DNA of 64,000 nucleotides from a plasmid, in the sequence record NZ_CP145111.1; one strand, given 5' to 3'. Every line of letters begins with the position of its first letter. Position 1 is the stretch's first letter. This document shows, piece after piece, positions 17,179 through 26,656 of this stretch. Made by a program: the position numbers and the translations under genes. Under the pieces are notes generated by a model that was not told the DNA's origin, did no database searches, and worked only from the letters and a program-made list of their open reading frames with translations.

Positions 17179-18922
17179 TCCTAAGCCAAACTCGATTAGT
17201 TTGTTAAATGGTAAGCGTTATGGTGGGCGATATTCGTTCGATACTAATCAAAGATACAGCATTCCACAAGCAAGATGGGACGCTATTAAAGATACCCCAG
17301 CGGCGTTTGAAGAGTTAGTGCAGTGGTACGTTAACGATCACTACACAAATCAATTGCCACGAATTCTTGAATTGGAACGTTATTACCAAGCAGACAATAA
17401 CATTCATTACTGGTTGTCTAACAAGAAGAGCCATCGAGCAGATAACCGTATCTCTAGTGCATTGGCACGCTATATTACTAACATTCAAGTAGGATATGAG
17501 TTCGGCACGCCATTAACGTTCGGGTACCAAAACAAAGATGATGACACCGACACTGGCGAAGGGCCAATGCAAGCACTAGATGACTTTAATCAAACCAATG
17601 ATGAGCCGTATCACGAAAAGATTATGGGCAAGAACTTAGCGAATACTGGTCGTGCGTATGAGCTGCTATATGTAGCAGACGGTTCAAAAGATCCACGAGT
17701 AACGGCAATCGATCCCAATAGTGCGTTCGTAGTCTGGTCTACCGACGTAGAACCCGTAGAACTATTCGCTGTGCGTTATTACGTCGTTAAGGTGGCAGAT
17801 GAAACAAACTATCAAGTTGAAGTCTATACGGATAAGAACATTTATCACTTTACAGCGGGCGACGAACCCGATAGTGATTGGACTCTGACAGACACTGAAG
17901 AACACTTTTTCCAACAAGTGCCGTTAACTGAATATGGCTTAAATGAAGAACGCGTGGGCGCTTGGGAGACTAAACTTGATGAAATTGACGCCTATGACCA
18001 AGCGTTGTCTGAGATGGCTAACAGCCAAGAAGACTTTAGCAATTCAATGCTGATGATCAACGGAAAAGTTGCCAACAATTCTGGCAAGTCAGAGCAAAAA
18101 ATAGGACCAGACGGTCAGCCAGTTTACATTGACAATGTGAGTGGTGGATATACAAATGAATCCACAACCAACGGGAAAAGTAATGCACCCGTTATGGTTG
18201 AAAAGGTGCTTGATAGCAACACAAACGTTTTGTATCTACGGCCATATGTCCAGAAGAATCCAAACGGATCGCCAACTATTGTGCCAACATCGGCAGCTTA
18301 TCTGACTAAGTCGTTGAATGCTAGTGAGTGGCAAATTTACATTAACCAATTGTTATCCGATATTCATAAGGACACAAATACACCCGACACAACTGACCAA
18401 AACTTCGCGGCCAATGCGTCGGGTGTTGCCATGGCTTACAAGCTATGGGGTAGTGACCAAGAGATGGCTATGTCGGAGACACTTTATCAGCGTGGCATAC
18501 GGCGTCGGTTGCGGTTGCTAATGACGTATTGGAGCTATCTCAAAAATAACGACGTTACGATCACCGATGAAAACAATCCGGCCGACAATGTGACAATCAC
18601 ATTCACGCCTAATCTGCCTAAGAACAATCAGGAAACGATGACGCTTATTCAAGGTCTCAATCAGACGGGCAAGTTTTCTGCAGAAACATTGCGTAATTTG
18701 GCTGAACCGATTACTGGGATTCCGGCTGATCAAGAAAAACAACAAGTAGATGATGAGTCTGGCGATCAAGATGAACGAACAACAAATATGATTGCTGCTG
18801 CGCAAGCCAAACTGCAGAACGTGAATGGGGTAGGTGATAGCGTTGACAACGGTCAAGAAGGAGCGCCAGAAGATTCACCAACTGGTCAAACAGGACAAGG
18901 CGAACAGTCAGACGATCAATAG
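17132..18922 (+). CDS. portal protein (SPP1 gp6-like)
   Basis: 596 aa with an acidic C-terminus, following TerL. Confidence 0.85.
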   Translation: MMAETNDKTAHSLSINPKPNSISLLNGKRYGGRYSFDTNQRYSIPQARWDAIKDTPAAFEELVQWYVNDHYTNQLPRILELERYYQADNNIHYWLSNKKSHRADNRISSALARYITNIQVGYEFGTPLTFGYQNKDDDTDTGEGPMQALDDFNQTNDEPYHEKIMGKNLANTGRAYELLYVADGSKDPRVTAIDPNSAFVVWSTDVEPVELFAVRYYVVKVADETNYQVEVYTDKNIYHFTAGDEPDSDWTLTDTEEHFFQQVPLTEYGLNEERVGAWETKLDEIDAYDQALSEMANSQEDFSNSMLMINGKVANNSGKSEQKIGPDGQPVYIDNVSGGYTNESTTNGKSNAPVMVEKVLDSNTNVLYLRPYVQKNPNGSPTIVPTSAAYLTKSLNASEWQIYINQLLSDIHKDTNTPDTTDQNFAANASGVAMAYKLWGSDQEMAMSETLYQRGIRRRLRLLMTYWSYLKNNDVTITDENNPADNVTITFTPNLPKNNQETMTLIQGLNQTGKFSAETLRNLAEPITGIPADQEKQQVDDESGDQDERTTNMIAAAQAKLQNVNGVGDSVDNGQEGAPEDSPTGQTGQGEQSDDQ

Positions 18923-19778
18923 CTTCTATCAGCAATCCTTAAGCATTATCGCCAACCATCTAAAAGAGTTCTATAACGAGTACGCTGATGATAGTGGGTT
19001 AACTCTTAATCAAGTATCGTCAGCAGTTAGTTCATGGGACACGCAACACTTTTACGCTGCTATTAACGAAATGTTAACGGACGTTCAACCCGACGATAAA
19101 CTATCTAAGCAGTTACAGGCTGCTTATGTTAAAGCATCATTAACCAAACGAGATATGTTGGGTGCAATGATTGGGGCTGGTATGAGTATTGCGACAGCGA
19201 GAAGCGAACTATATGGTGTCACGGAACTGAATAGACAGCGTTCGGCAGCGTATGCAGATAACTCTTCACGTTCGCAGCAAAACGTTCCACAGAGCACTGA
19301 TCAGGCCGAATACGTGCAACGATTATGGGTGCACCAAGATGTTATGGCTAATCGCATGATTGAGACCTTAAATAAAGGTCTGAGTCGAGGAGTTTCAGTA
19401 ACTGCAATGAACAAGCTAACTAGGAGCATTCCACAGTCTGGCGATCGAATTGATGATAACTTGGCAACACCAATGAATCAGCTATTATCTCGAATTGATG
19501 GATTAATGCAGACACAATCGGTTGAGAACACCAACGAAGGTAAACGACAAGCTTACGAAGATAGCGACGTTAAATTTGTAATGTGGCTAACCGAAGAAGA
19601 CTACCATGTTTGTGATATTTGCCAACCATTAGACAAGCAGATATTTCCATTCGGCCAAGCACCGATTCCTCAAGAAGATACGCACCCACGTTGTCGATGC
19701 CAATTGGTAGCGTGCGATGAAGATGGTAATTTACTTGATGGCCAACTAGACGGCATGATGACAGGTGAATTTGATTAG
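18834..19778 (+). CDS. minor head protein (Mu F-like / SPP1 gp7 head morphogenesis)
   Basis: Follows the portal gene. C-terminal CDICQP...HPRCRC Cys motif. The start overlaps the portal gene and is uncertain. Confidence 0.65.
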   Translation: MIALTTVKKERQKIHQLVKQDKANSQTINSFYQQSLSIIANHLKEFYNEYADDSGLTLNQVSSAVSSWDTQHFYAAINEMLTDVQPDDKLSKQLQAAYVKASLTKRDMLGAMIGAGMSIATARSELYGVTELNRQRSAAYADNSSRSQQNVPQSTDQAEYVQRLWVHQDVMANRMIETLNKGLSRGVSVTAMNKLTRSIPQSGDRIDDNLATPMNQLLSRIDGLMQTQSVENTNEGKRQAYEDSDVKFVMWLTEEDYHVCDICQPLDKQIFPFGQAPIPQEDTHPRCRCQLVACDEDGNLLDGQLDGMMTGEFD

Positions 19779-19990
19779 GGGCTATTTCTGAATAATAGCC
19801 CCTTAAAAACACTTACAAATAAGGGTAGTTAACAAAGAATCGAAATTATAGGAGTTATTTATCTGTTTTATATGATAATAACTCCTATTTTTGTGGGCTT
19901 TTTCTTACTTGCAGCCCTAAAAGAACAAGCAATTTAGTCATTCGGACTTTAACTGATCTAGTCTGCGGACTTTAAAAAGGAGCTTTTACG

Positions 19991-20629
19991 ATGAAGATGA
20001 ACTTGCAATATTTTGCTGAACCTGGTGAAGAACCAAAGCCAATCGATCCTAATAAGGATCAGCAACAAGAACCTAAAGGTCAGGAACCATCCGGTAAAGC
20101 ATATTCACAAGATGACGTGAATAAAATGATGGGTGCTAAAGCTAAGCAGCTGGAAGAAAAGTTTAATGGTCAGCTGGAATCCCTGAAAGAAGAATGGATG
20201 TCTAAAGGGGAAGAACGCGCTGGCATGAATGCACAACAGAAGGCCGAAGCAGAACTCGATGACAAGCGACAAGCCCTGGCAGACCAAGAGAAACGGTTGC
20301 AGGAACGACTAGACGCCGTTGATGAGAAAAATGCTTTGGCTGCAACTAAGTCAGCCTTAACGGATAGCAAGATTCCTGTTGAATTTGCAGAATTTGTTAC
20401 TTCTAAAGATGACGATGTACGTAAGAACAATATCGACAAGTTTATCGACTTGTTCAACAAGGCTGTTCAAGATGGCGTAGAACAACGTGTCCAGGGCACA
20501 CATACGCCACAAAACGGTGGTCAAACAGTTCCTGGATCGCTGACACGCGAAGATTTTGCCAAGCTCAACATGGATCAGCAAACTCAAATTTATCGTGAGA
20601 ATCCAGATTTATACAACAAACTTAAATAG
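19991..20629 (+). CDS. scaffolding protein
   Basis: Acidic, coiled-coil-rich, 212 aa. Lies directly upstream of the capsid gene. Confidence 0.7.
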   Translation: MKMNLQYFAEPGEEPKPIDPNKDQQQEPKGQEPSGKAYSQDDVNKMMGAKAKQLEEKFNGQLESLKEEWMSKGEERAGMNAQQKAEAELDDKRQALADQEKRLQERLDAVDEKNALAATKSALTDSKIPVEFAEFVTSKDDDVRKNNIDKFIDLFNKAVQDGVEQRVQGTHTPQNGGQTVPGSLTREDFAKLNMDQQTQIYRENPDLYNKLK

Positions 20630-20641
20630 GAGGTGTAGGTA

Positions 20642-21718
20642 ATGGCTGTAATTAACGGCAATCCTACGAATTTTAGTAACTTAATTGAACCAAAAGTATT
20701 TCTTGATTGGGTCTATCGACAAAATACGCAAACTAATCGTTTTGTGGCGTCTGGTGTTTTAAAGAACGATCCCATTTTAGGTGGACGTTTGCTTCAACCG
20801 GGTCGGACTGTAGAGATCCCAGCAATGAATGACTTGTCCGGCGATGCTGATGAATGGAACGATACGCATGACATTCAAACGAATGGTGTCGACTCTGCAA
20901 TGGAACACGGCATTAAGATGTATCAAAGTAAGTCGTTTGGTAATACTGACTGGGGCGATTTGATTTCTGGTGCAAGTACACAGCAACAGATTGCTAATCG
21001 TTTCGGCAATTGGTGGACGCGCCAAGATACTGGTCTACTGCTGAATACGGTAAAAGCAACTTTCAACAACGCAGATATTGCAACTGCAAAGTCTTTCGGT
21101 GTTGGCGCTGAAAAGGAATTATCTGCCGCAGACTTTGTTAAGGCACTCGCACGTATGGGCGATGTGATGGATAACACCTTATCGACATTAGTTGTTAACT
21201 CAGCAGCTTATTCAGAAATGCGTGAACAACAATTGATTGAATACCTGCAACCTGCTGGTGCAGCAACTCCAATTGCTACGTACCAAGGCATGAGTATCGT
21301 TCAAGATGATAGTATTCCGGTTGCTTCTGATGGAACTACTTATGCACTCATCTTCGGTCCAGGAGCCATTGATTATGCAACTGCTACTCCAAATAATGGC
21401 CTAGTTGTACAACGCGATGAGTTCCAAAAGGGCGGCATGGTAGCCATTATTCAGAAACGAGTAGTTACTTGCCACGTTGCCGGAACAAACGTTGACCTGA
21501 CTCAAACTAATCCTGACACCTACCAAGCTGATTTGAAGGCCGGCACTAAGCCACTGTTTGCCGTGTCTTATGATCCACGACAGATTCAATTGGTTAAGTA
21601 TGGATTCAAGGTTGGCACAGATTACGTAGTGCCAACAATTAATGCGCCTAAGAAGGCAGCAAGCACTGGATCAAGTTCTACAGGTAGTGGATCAAGTTCA
21701 TCAGGTAGCGGCAAGTAG
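20642..21718 (+). CDS. major capsid protein
   Basis: 358 aa following the scaffold gene. Gly/Ser-rich C-terminal tail. Confidence 0.75.
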   Translation: MAVINGNPTNFSNLIEPKVFLDWVYRQNTQTNRFVASGVLKNDPILGGRLLQPGRTVEIPAMNDLSGDADEWNDTHDIQTNGVDSAMEHGIKMYQSKSFGNTDWGDLISGASTQQQIANRFGNWWTRQDTGLLLNTVKATFNNADIATAKSFGVGAEKELSAADFVKALARMGDVMDNTLSTLVVNSAAYSEMREQQLIEYLQPAGAATPIATYQGMSIVQDDSIPVASDGTTYALIFGPGAIDYATATPNNGLVVQRDEFQKGGMVAIIQKRVVTCHVAGTNVDLTQTNPDTYQADLKAGTKPLFAVSYDPRQIQLVKYGFKVGTDYVVPTINAPKKAASTGSSSTGSGSSSSGSGK

Positions 21719-21734
21719 AAAAAGGTGATTAGGT

Positions 21735-22076
21735 ATGGAAGACGCACTTATGCCGGAAAATATCAAGAGTGATATTAATATCTTCCAAGGATTTAGCGAT
21801 GCTCATATTAAAGAGCGGTTAGATGACGCGGCGCTTAAGGCTAGTCACGATCAAATTTCAGAGGACGCGTTAATCAACGCCACAAGAGCTTGGACGCGTC
21901 ATCTGCTATACAATGATTGGTTCATGAACTATGGTGGCGTTCAATCCGCAAGTACGTTTGGTAACTCGCAGACAATGGTCAACTTTAATGGATATGACGA
22001 CTACCGTGCTGAGTATGATGACATCGTTGATGATTATGGTGTGTCGGACTCAATGGGAGCCGTGTGGACAGAATGA
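21735..22076 (+). CDS. head-tail connector protein (gp6-like)
   Basis: Position and size (113 aa) after the capsid gene. Confidence 0.45.
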   Translation: MEDALMPENIKSDINIFQGFSDAHIKERLDDAALKASHDQISEDALINATRAWTRHLLYNDWFMNYGGVQSASTFGNSQTMVNFNGYDDYRAEYDDIVDDYGVSDSMGAVWTE

Positions 22077-22675
22077 CAGAAGACTTTGATAATACTGCAG
22101 AGGCAATTAGACGATTACAGGAGTTGCAGTCAGTTAGATTGTCCGTGGGTGTGCCGTGGCTTAATAATCATTTGAACATGATTGCTTTGGTCCAGGAATA
22201 CGGTAAGACTATTGTTCCAGTCAATCGACAGTGGCTGGCGTTGCCAACACCGAACTCAGGTGATAAACGGCCAGCAGATTTTCAAAACCTTTTCTTCATG
22301 TTAGGAAAAACTGCTGATCAAGCTTATTTAGCCATGCCGGATGCTAATAGTGGTTTTAAAATCATGTTTATTCTGCGCAAGAGTGTTGTGATTCCACCAC
22401 GGCCATTCTTGCGTTATTCGTTTAATCACCATCTCGGTCGGTGGACAGAGTTGGGAGCCGACTTGGCTTTTAAGCGTATGGTCGGTGAAATTGAGCCGAA
22501 AGATGTGTACTCAGTATTGGGAGAAGCGATGGTCAAAGACATTAAGCAAACCATTGCTGACTTCAGCACACCAAGTAACGCGCCATTAACTGCCAAGAAT
22601 AAAGGATTTAATGATCCGTTAATTGATAGTGGAGAACTGCGTGACTCGATCACATGGATTACAGAAAGGATTTGA
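22064..22675 (+). CDS. head completion / XkdH-like protein
   Basis: Position in the head-tail joining block. Confidence 0.4.
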   Translation: MDRMTEDFDNTAEAIRRLQELQSVRLSVGVPWLNNHLNMIALVQEYGKTIVPVNRQWLALPTPNSGDKRPADFQNLFFMLGKTADQAYLAMPDANSGFKIMFILRKSVVIPPRPFLRYSFNHHLGRWTELGADLAFKRMVGEIEPKDVYSVLGEAMVKDIKQTIADFSTPSNAPLTAKNKGFNDPLIDSGELRDSITWITERI

Positions 22676-22679
22676 GTTT

Positions 22680-23000
22680 ATGAGTATGGAATTAGTTATT
22701 GTTGCAGCAAAGACGGGGACAGACGGTGCTTATATCACGCCAAGTCGTGACACGGAACAAACGAGTGACATTGCCTTCTTCCCAGAAGATGATCCAAAGG
22801 TTGTCAAGATTACGGGGTACGCACCTGGCGATACAATTCCTAGTGGCAAATATTTTGCTGCTTTCTATAATCCAGACACTAAAAAGTTCCTGGGACAATT
22901 TGTGTCAGTATCTGGATTCACGGTTGCAGGCGAATCAACACCAAGTGATCTTAAAGTAAAACCAACCGATACTGGTGCTGAAGTCACATCAGGCAACTAG
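22680..23000 (+). CDS. head-tail joining protein (106 aa)
   Basis: ORF MSMELVIVAAKTG... Confidence 0.4.
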   Translation: MSMELVIVAAKTGTDGAYITPSRDTEQTSDIAFFPEDDPKVVKITGYAPGDTIPSGKYFAAFYNPDTKKFLGQFVSVSGFTVAGESTPSDLKVKPTDTGAEVTSGN

Positions 23001-23002
23001 CG

Positions 23003-23374
23003 ATGAATTTTCAAAATTTTGGGAATTTTGGATTCATGAATGACATGCTAGCTGAAGACCTGACAATCACCATTCCAGGTCATGACACCGGGGATTCTGA
23101 TGAATTAGGCCGACCAATCATGGCCCCAGCTACGGTAAAAAAGGTGCATGAGCCGATTGTTAATTCGACTAATCCAAACATGACGTATACCCCAGAATTG
23201 GGTGGTCAATTGCCTGTAGGCACACTTTATTGGTTATCAGGTCTAGTTGGCTGCCCCAAAGGAACAAAGGTGCAACGAGCTTCTGGTGCGACCTATGAGG
23301 TCATTAATCACGGTGATGATTTTGCAGCTGGACGTGTGTACTACCAGTTGAAGGAGGTTGGCACTGATGAGTGA
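23003..23374 (+). CDS. head-tail joining protein (123 aa)
   Basis: ORF in the structural block. Confidence 0.4.
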   Translation: MNFQNFGNFGFMNDMLAEDLTITIPGHDTGDSDELGRPIMAPATVKKVHEPIVNSTNPNMTYTPELGGQLPVGTLYWLSGLVGCPKGTKVQRASGATYEVINHGDDFAAGRVYYQLKEVGTDE

Positions 23375-23852
23375 GTTCAACCTGTATGATGCTGTTTCAG
23401 CAGCACTCGTAAAACAAATTAAAACGTATATGCCACAAGTTACGGTTCGTCCGGAGAGTGTTAAACACTTTACGCCTGATTATCCGTATGTTACGTACAA
23501 AATTTATGACGATTATGACCGAGTGCTTTTCAATACCGTGAATGAAGAAGTTTTTGATATTCACGTTCAATTTAAAGCCGTCTCAAATGACGAAGGAGAA
23601 GCTAAAACACTCGGGCACGAGTTGCGGAAGCTTTTTTTCTTGCAACAACCAGCGTATGAGCTGTTTCAGCAACACATCGTTGCCAAGGATTGTAACACGA
23701 TTCCATCAACTGACACGTTTCTTGACGTTGATTGGCAGTTTATGTCTGGTGCTGACTACACGTTTGGTGTTCAAGACAACTTCACTGATGAGACGCAAAC
23801 GGGAAGTATTGCGAGTGTTGACCCGCAAATTAATACAAAAGGAGCTGAATAA
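23367..23852 (+). CDS. tail completion protein (XkdJ-like)
   Basis: ORF MSEFNLYDAVS... upstream of the sheath gene. Confidence 0.4.
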   Translation: MSEFNLYDAVSAALVKQIKTYMPQVTVRPESVKHFTPDYPYVTYKIYDDYDRVLFNTVNEEVFDIHVQFKAVSNDEGEAKTLGHELRKLFFLQQPAYELFQQHIVAKDCNTIPSTDTFLDVDWQFMSGADYTFGVQDNFTDETQTGSIASVDPQINTKGAE

Positions 23853-23855
23853 ATT

Positions 23856-24944
23856 TTGGCAATTAAACAAACAACAGACGTCCACTTTACTGTTGCTATT
23901 CATGCGTTAAAGAACCCAAATGGCACGCCAGCCGTTGGTATTGCAACTAAAGGGGCAGACGCAACAACTAAGGCGTCTATTTATACAGACTTATATAGTC
24001 TGTCAGCAGATTTTGATGAAACAACTGGCGTTTACTCCCAAGCGGAGGCAATGTTTGACGCTGACAACTTCAAGGGCCCAGTGGAAGTTATCACCTATCC
24101 CAATGTTGACTCAAAGACCCCAGCCAATGTTCAAACAACGGGAACAACTACTGGTGCAACTGTCACGGCAACGACCACACCTGGGATTGTGGTTGGCCTG
24201 GCTGAACACTTATTTGATGGATTCAAGTATTTAGTTCTTGACGGGGCTACTGAAGCAGAGACTGAGGCCGTATCAGACTTTTTGTATGACAACCAACGTA
24301 TCATGCTGGTTACGCAACCTAAGTCGGTTGCTGATCTCCAAACGTTGTCCACCCATGTTAAGGGCATTCAAACAAAAAAGAATTCACTTGGGAATACAGC
24401 AGCTATTGTTGAAACGGCTAGTGATCGTTTCGTGGCTGCTCAAGCGGCCGCATACGCTGCAGCCAACTTACCAGTTGATTTTCAGCATATTGGTAATCAG
24501 ACACAGTTCGAACCAGACGCCGATTTATCAACCGATGATTACGACACGATTGCTGCAGCTAATGGGACAGTAGTTGTAAACAAGTCTGGTGATTACATGT
24601 TGCTGAACGGCCTAGCTTTGGCTGGAAACTACGTCGACCAATTTGTTCATACACAACTGGTCATCGATACGTTCCAGACGGCATTGCAGAAATATCTTAA
24701 CCGTCATAACTTCCCAATCTTCAATGACGCCACGATTAAAGAAATGGCACAAACCATTGAAGCTTGCGGTCAGCAACTGCAACAGCAAGGCGTATTGGCT
24801 AGTGCTGTTAAGATTACTAGCGTGCCTCGTTCTAATGTGTCTAGCAGTGATGTGGCCGCACGTAAGTACAACGGATTCGGGTTCAATGTTCAGATTGCCG
24901 ATGATATTGATACGATCAACGCCAAGATTGATTTGACGCTTTAA
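23856..24944 (+). CDS. tail sheath protein (XkdK-like)
   Basis: 362 aa, followed by a 166-aa tube-like gene and then chaperone/tape measure genes. TTG start after AAGGAG. Confidence 0.5.
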   Translation: MAIKQTTDVHFTVAIHALKNPNGTPAVGIATKGADATTKASIYTDLYSLSADFDETTGVYSQAEAMFDADNFKGPVEVITYPNVDSKTPANVQTTGTTTGATVTATTTPGIVVGLAEHLFDGFKYLVLDGATEAETEAVSDFLYDNQRIMLVTQPKSVADLQTLSTHVKGIQTKKNSLGNTAAIVETASDRFVAAQAAAYAAANLPVDFQHIGNQTQFEPDADLSTDDYDTIAAANGTVVVNKSGDYMLLNGLALAGNYVDQFVHTQLVIDTFQTALQKYLNRHNFPIFNDATIKEMAQTIEACGQQLQQQGVLASAVKITSVPRSNVSSSDVAARKYNGFGFNVQIADDIDTINAKIDLTL

Positions 24945-24957
24945 GGAGGGATAAGTT

Positions 24958-25458
24958 ATGGCAATCACTTTATCAAACGGAAAAGAAGTCAATTTATATT
25001 CCGCACGGTTCTTACACATTTATTTGTTGTGGAAAGGCCAATCGAAAGAATTAGGTGGCTTCCAAAACGGTGAAGCTTTTAGTTCACAACGTACGGCTGC
25101 AGATACAACTATGCAAGGCGATTTTCACTCAAACGTTATGTTCTTCGACACTGACGACGAGACGGGGACCCTAACGTTGAATACCTATCCTGGCACTTCA
25201 ACCACTGATATTCTGTTCAAGCTCTATCATTTACAACACGATGAAATGCAAGCAGGACTATTGAGTGCTGACCAAATGTTTGGCCTCAATATCGTCAATG
25301 ATTCTACTGGTGAAAAGATCACTGCAGAAGGCTGCCGGTTAGCCGGCCTGCCTAATAACCAAGGTAATGAGCAAGCATACTCGCTGGCCTGGACAGTACT
25401 GGCAGGTTACTACCAAAACACCGGTGCCGATGTTGACGACTCAATGTTTACAAACTAA
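24958..25458 (+). CDS. tail tube protein (XkdM-like)
   Basis: 166 aa with RBS AAGGAGGG. Lies between the sheath and chaperone genes. Confidence 0.5.
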   Translation: MAITLSNGKEVNLYSARFLHIYLLWKGQSKELGGFQNGEAFSSQRTAADTTMQGDFHSNVMFFDTDDETGTLTLNTYPGTSTTDILFKLYHLQHDEMQAGLLSADQMFGLNIVNDSTGEKITAEGCRLAGLPNNQGNEQAYSLAWTVLAGYYQNTGADVDDSMFTN

Positions 25459-25767
25459 AAGCGCACTAACCGTCCGTTAAGGGCAGATTAGCGCGTTGTT
25501 TTCACGTTAAATGACTGAACAAGAAGTACATCGACAAACGCGACAAATAAAAAATCCGCCCCTTAAATAACTTTGGCTAGTTACGGGCGGAATTTTATTT
25601 GTCGTGTTTAACTTGCCACCGCCTTTAAAGCGGCTTGCAGGGGGCGGTGTGATAGCACCGGCCTTTTTCTATGCCCATATTATAACACATTTTCAAATCG
25701 CAATCTTACAAATAGACTATGAGGCCACCAGACGGTGTCCTCTTTTTAAATAAGGAGAGACTTTTAT

Positions 25768-26397
25768 ATGTCAGAAAAAGATGAACAAGCTATTGCAGCG
25801 TTTATGGATAATCAATTTGAACGAACGGTAGAATATACCGATTCGAAGGGTGACAAGAAGACACGTAAGATCACGCTACAAGATCCTGGATTTGATATTG
25901 CCTCACAAGCAATTGATGCCCTAAACGTTGGTGAAGATACCGGAGACGCAGGTCGACTGTTTGACCTTATTATGCACAACGTATTAGTTAATCCACATAT
26001 GGATTATGAATCATTGAATGCAGACGTTCCAGACGACATTAAGAAGAAAACTGTTACTAAGAAAAATCGTAGCGGTAAAGACGTGCATATCAACATGGTT
26101 TGGCCAGGTTATCGTACTGCTTTGCAGATTGTTTTCATGTCGACGCGGCCATCTGGGGCATCTAATATGAACGGTACGATGACCAAGCTTAATAGTGAAG
26201 TTTTCCGCACAGATAAGAATGAAGTACTGAAGATGAACTTCTGGGACGCTACAGGAGATGGCAGTGGACTAGGTATGATTGCCATGCAGGATGCTACGAA
26301 GTTCTTAGCAGAAATCACGGACCGTAACGGTGATCAATCGGTATTAGGTAAAGCGTTTCAGTTTCTTATGGAGTCGTTACAACAAGTTAAACTCTAA
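25768..26397 (+). CDS. tail assembly chaperone (XkdN-like)
   Basis: Position upstream of the tape measure gene. Confidence 0.45.
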   Translation: MSEKDEQAIAAFMDNQFERTVEYTDSKGDKKTRKITLQDPGFDIASQAIDALNVGEDTGDAGRLFDLIMHNVLVNPHMDYESLNADVPDDIKKKTVTKKNRSGKDVHINMVWPGYRTALQIVFMSTRPSGASNMNGTMTKLNSEVFRTDKNEVLKMNFWDATGDGSGLGMIAMQDATKFLAEITDRNGDQSVLGKAFQFLMESLQQVKL

Positions 26398-26443
26398 GTT
26401 TACCGACGCTCATGGCAATGTTGATCAGTCATTATTAGACAAG

Positions 26444-26656
26444 GTGGTTGACAAGCGCATGGCCTTTGTTAACCCAGCGCTGTTTCTAGGAATGACAGAA
26501 CATGATATACGGCAACAGACCCAAGATGAATTTTTGGTAAGCAATGAGATTGCTGAACGGATTGGTAAGGAATTAAAAACAATCATTGCAAAAGGCGTGT
26601 CTGATGGAGTCCTGATGGCACTAGGAAAAATATTAGGTCAGAAAGGAGGAAAATGA
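26444..26656 (+). CDS. small tail assembly protein
   Basis: 70-aa ORF overlapping the tape measure start. Confidence 0.35.
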   Translation: MVDKRMAFVNPALFLGMTEHDIRQQTQDEFLVSNEIAERIGKELKTIIAKGVSDGVLMALGKILGQKGGK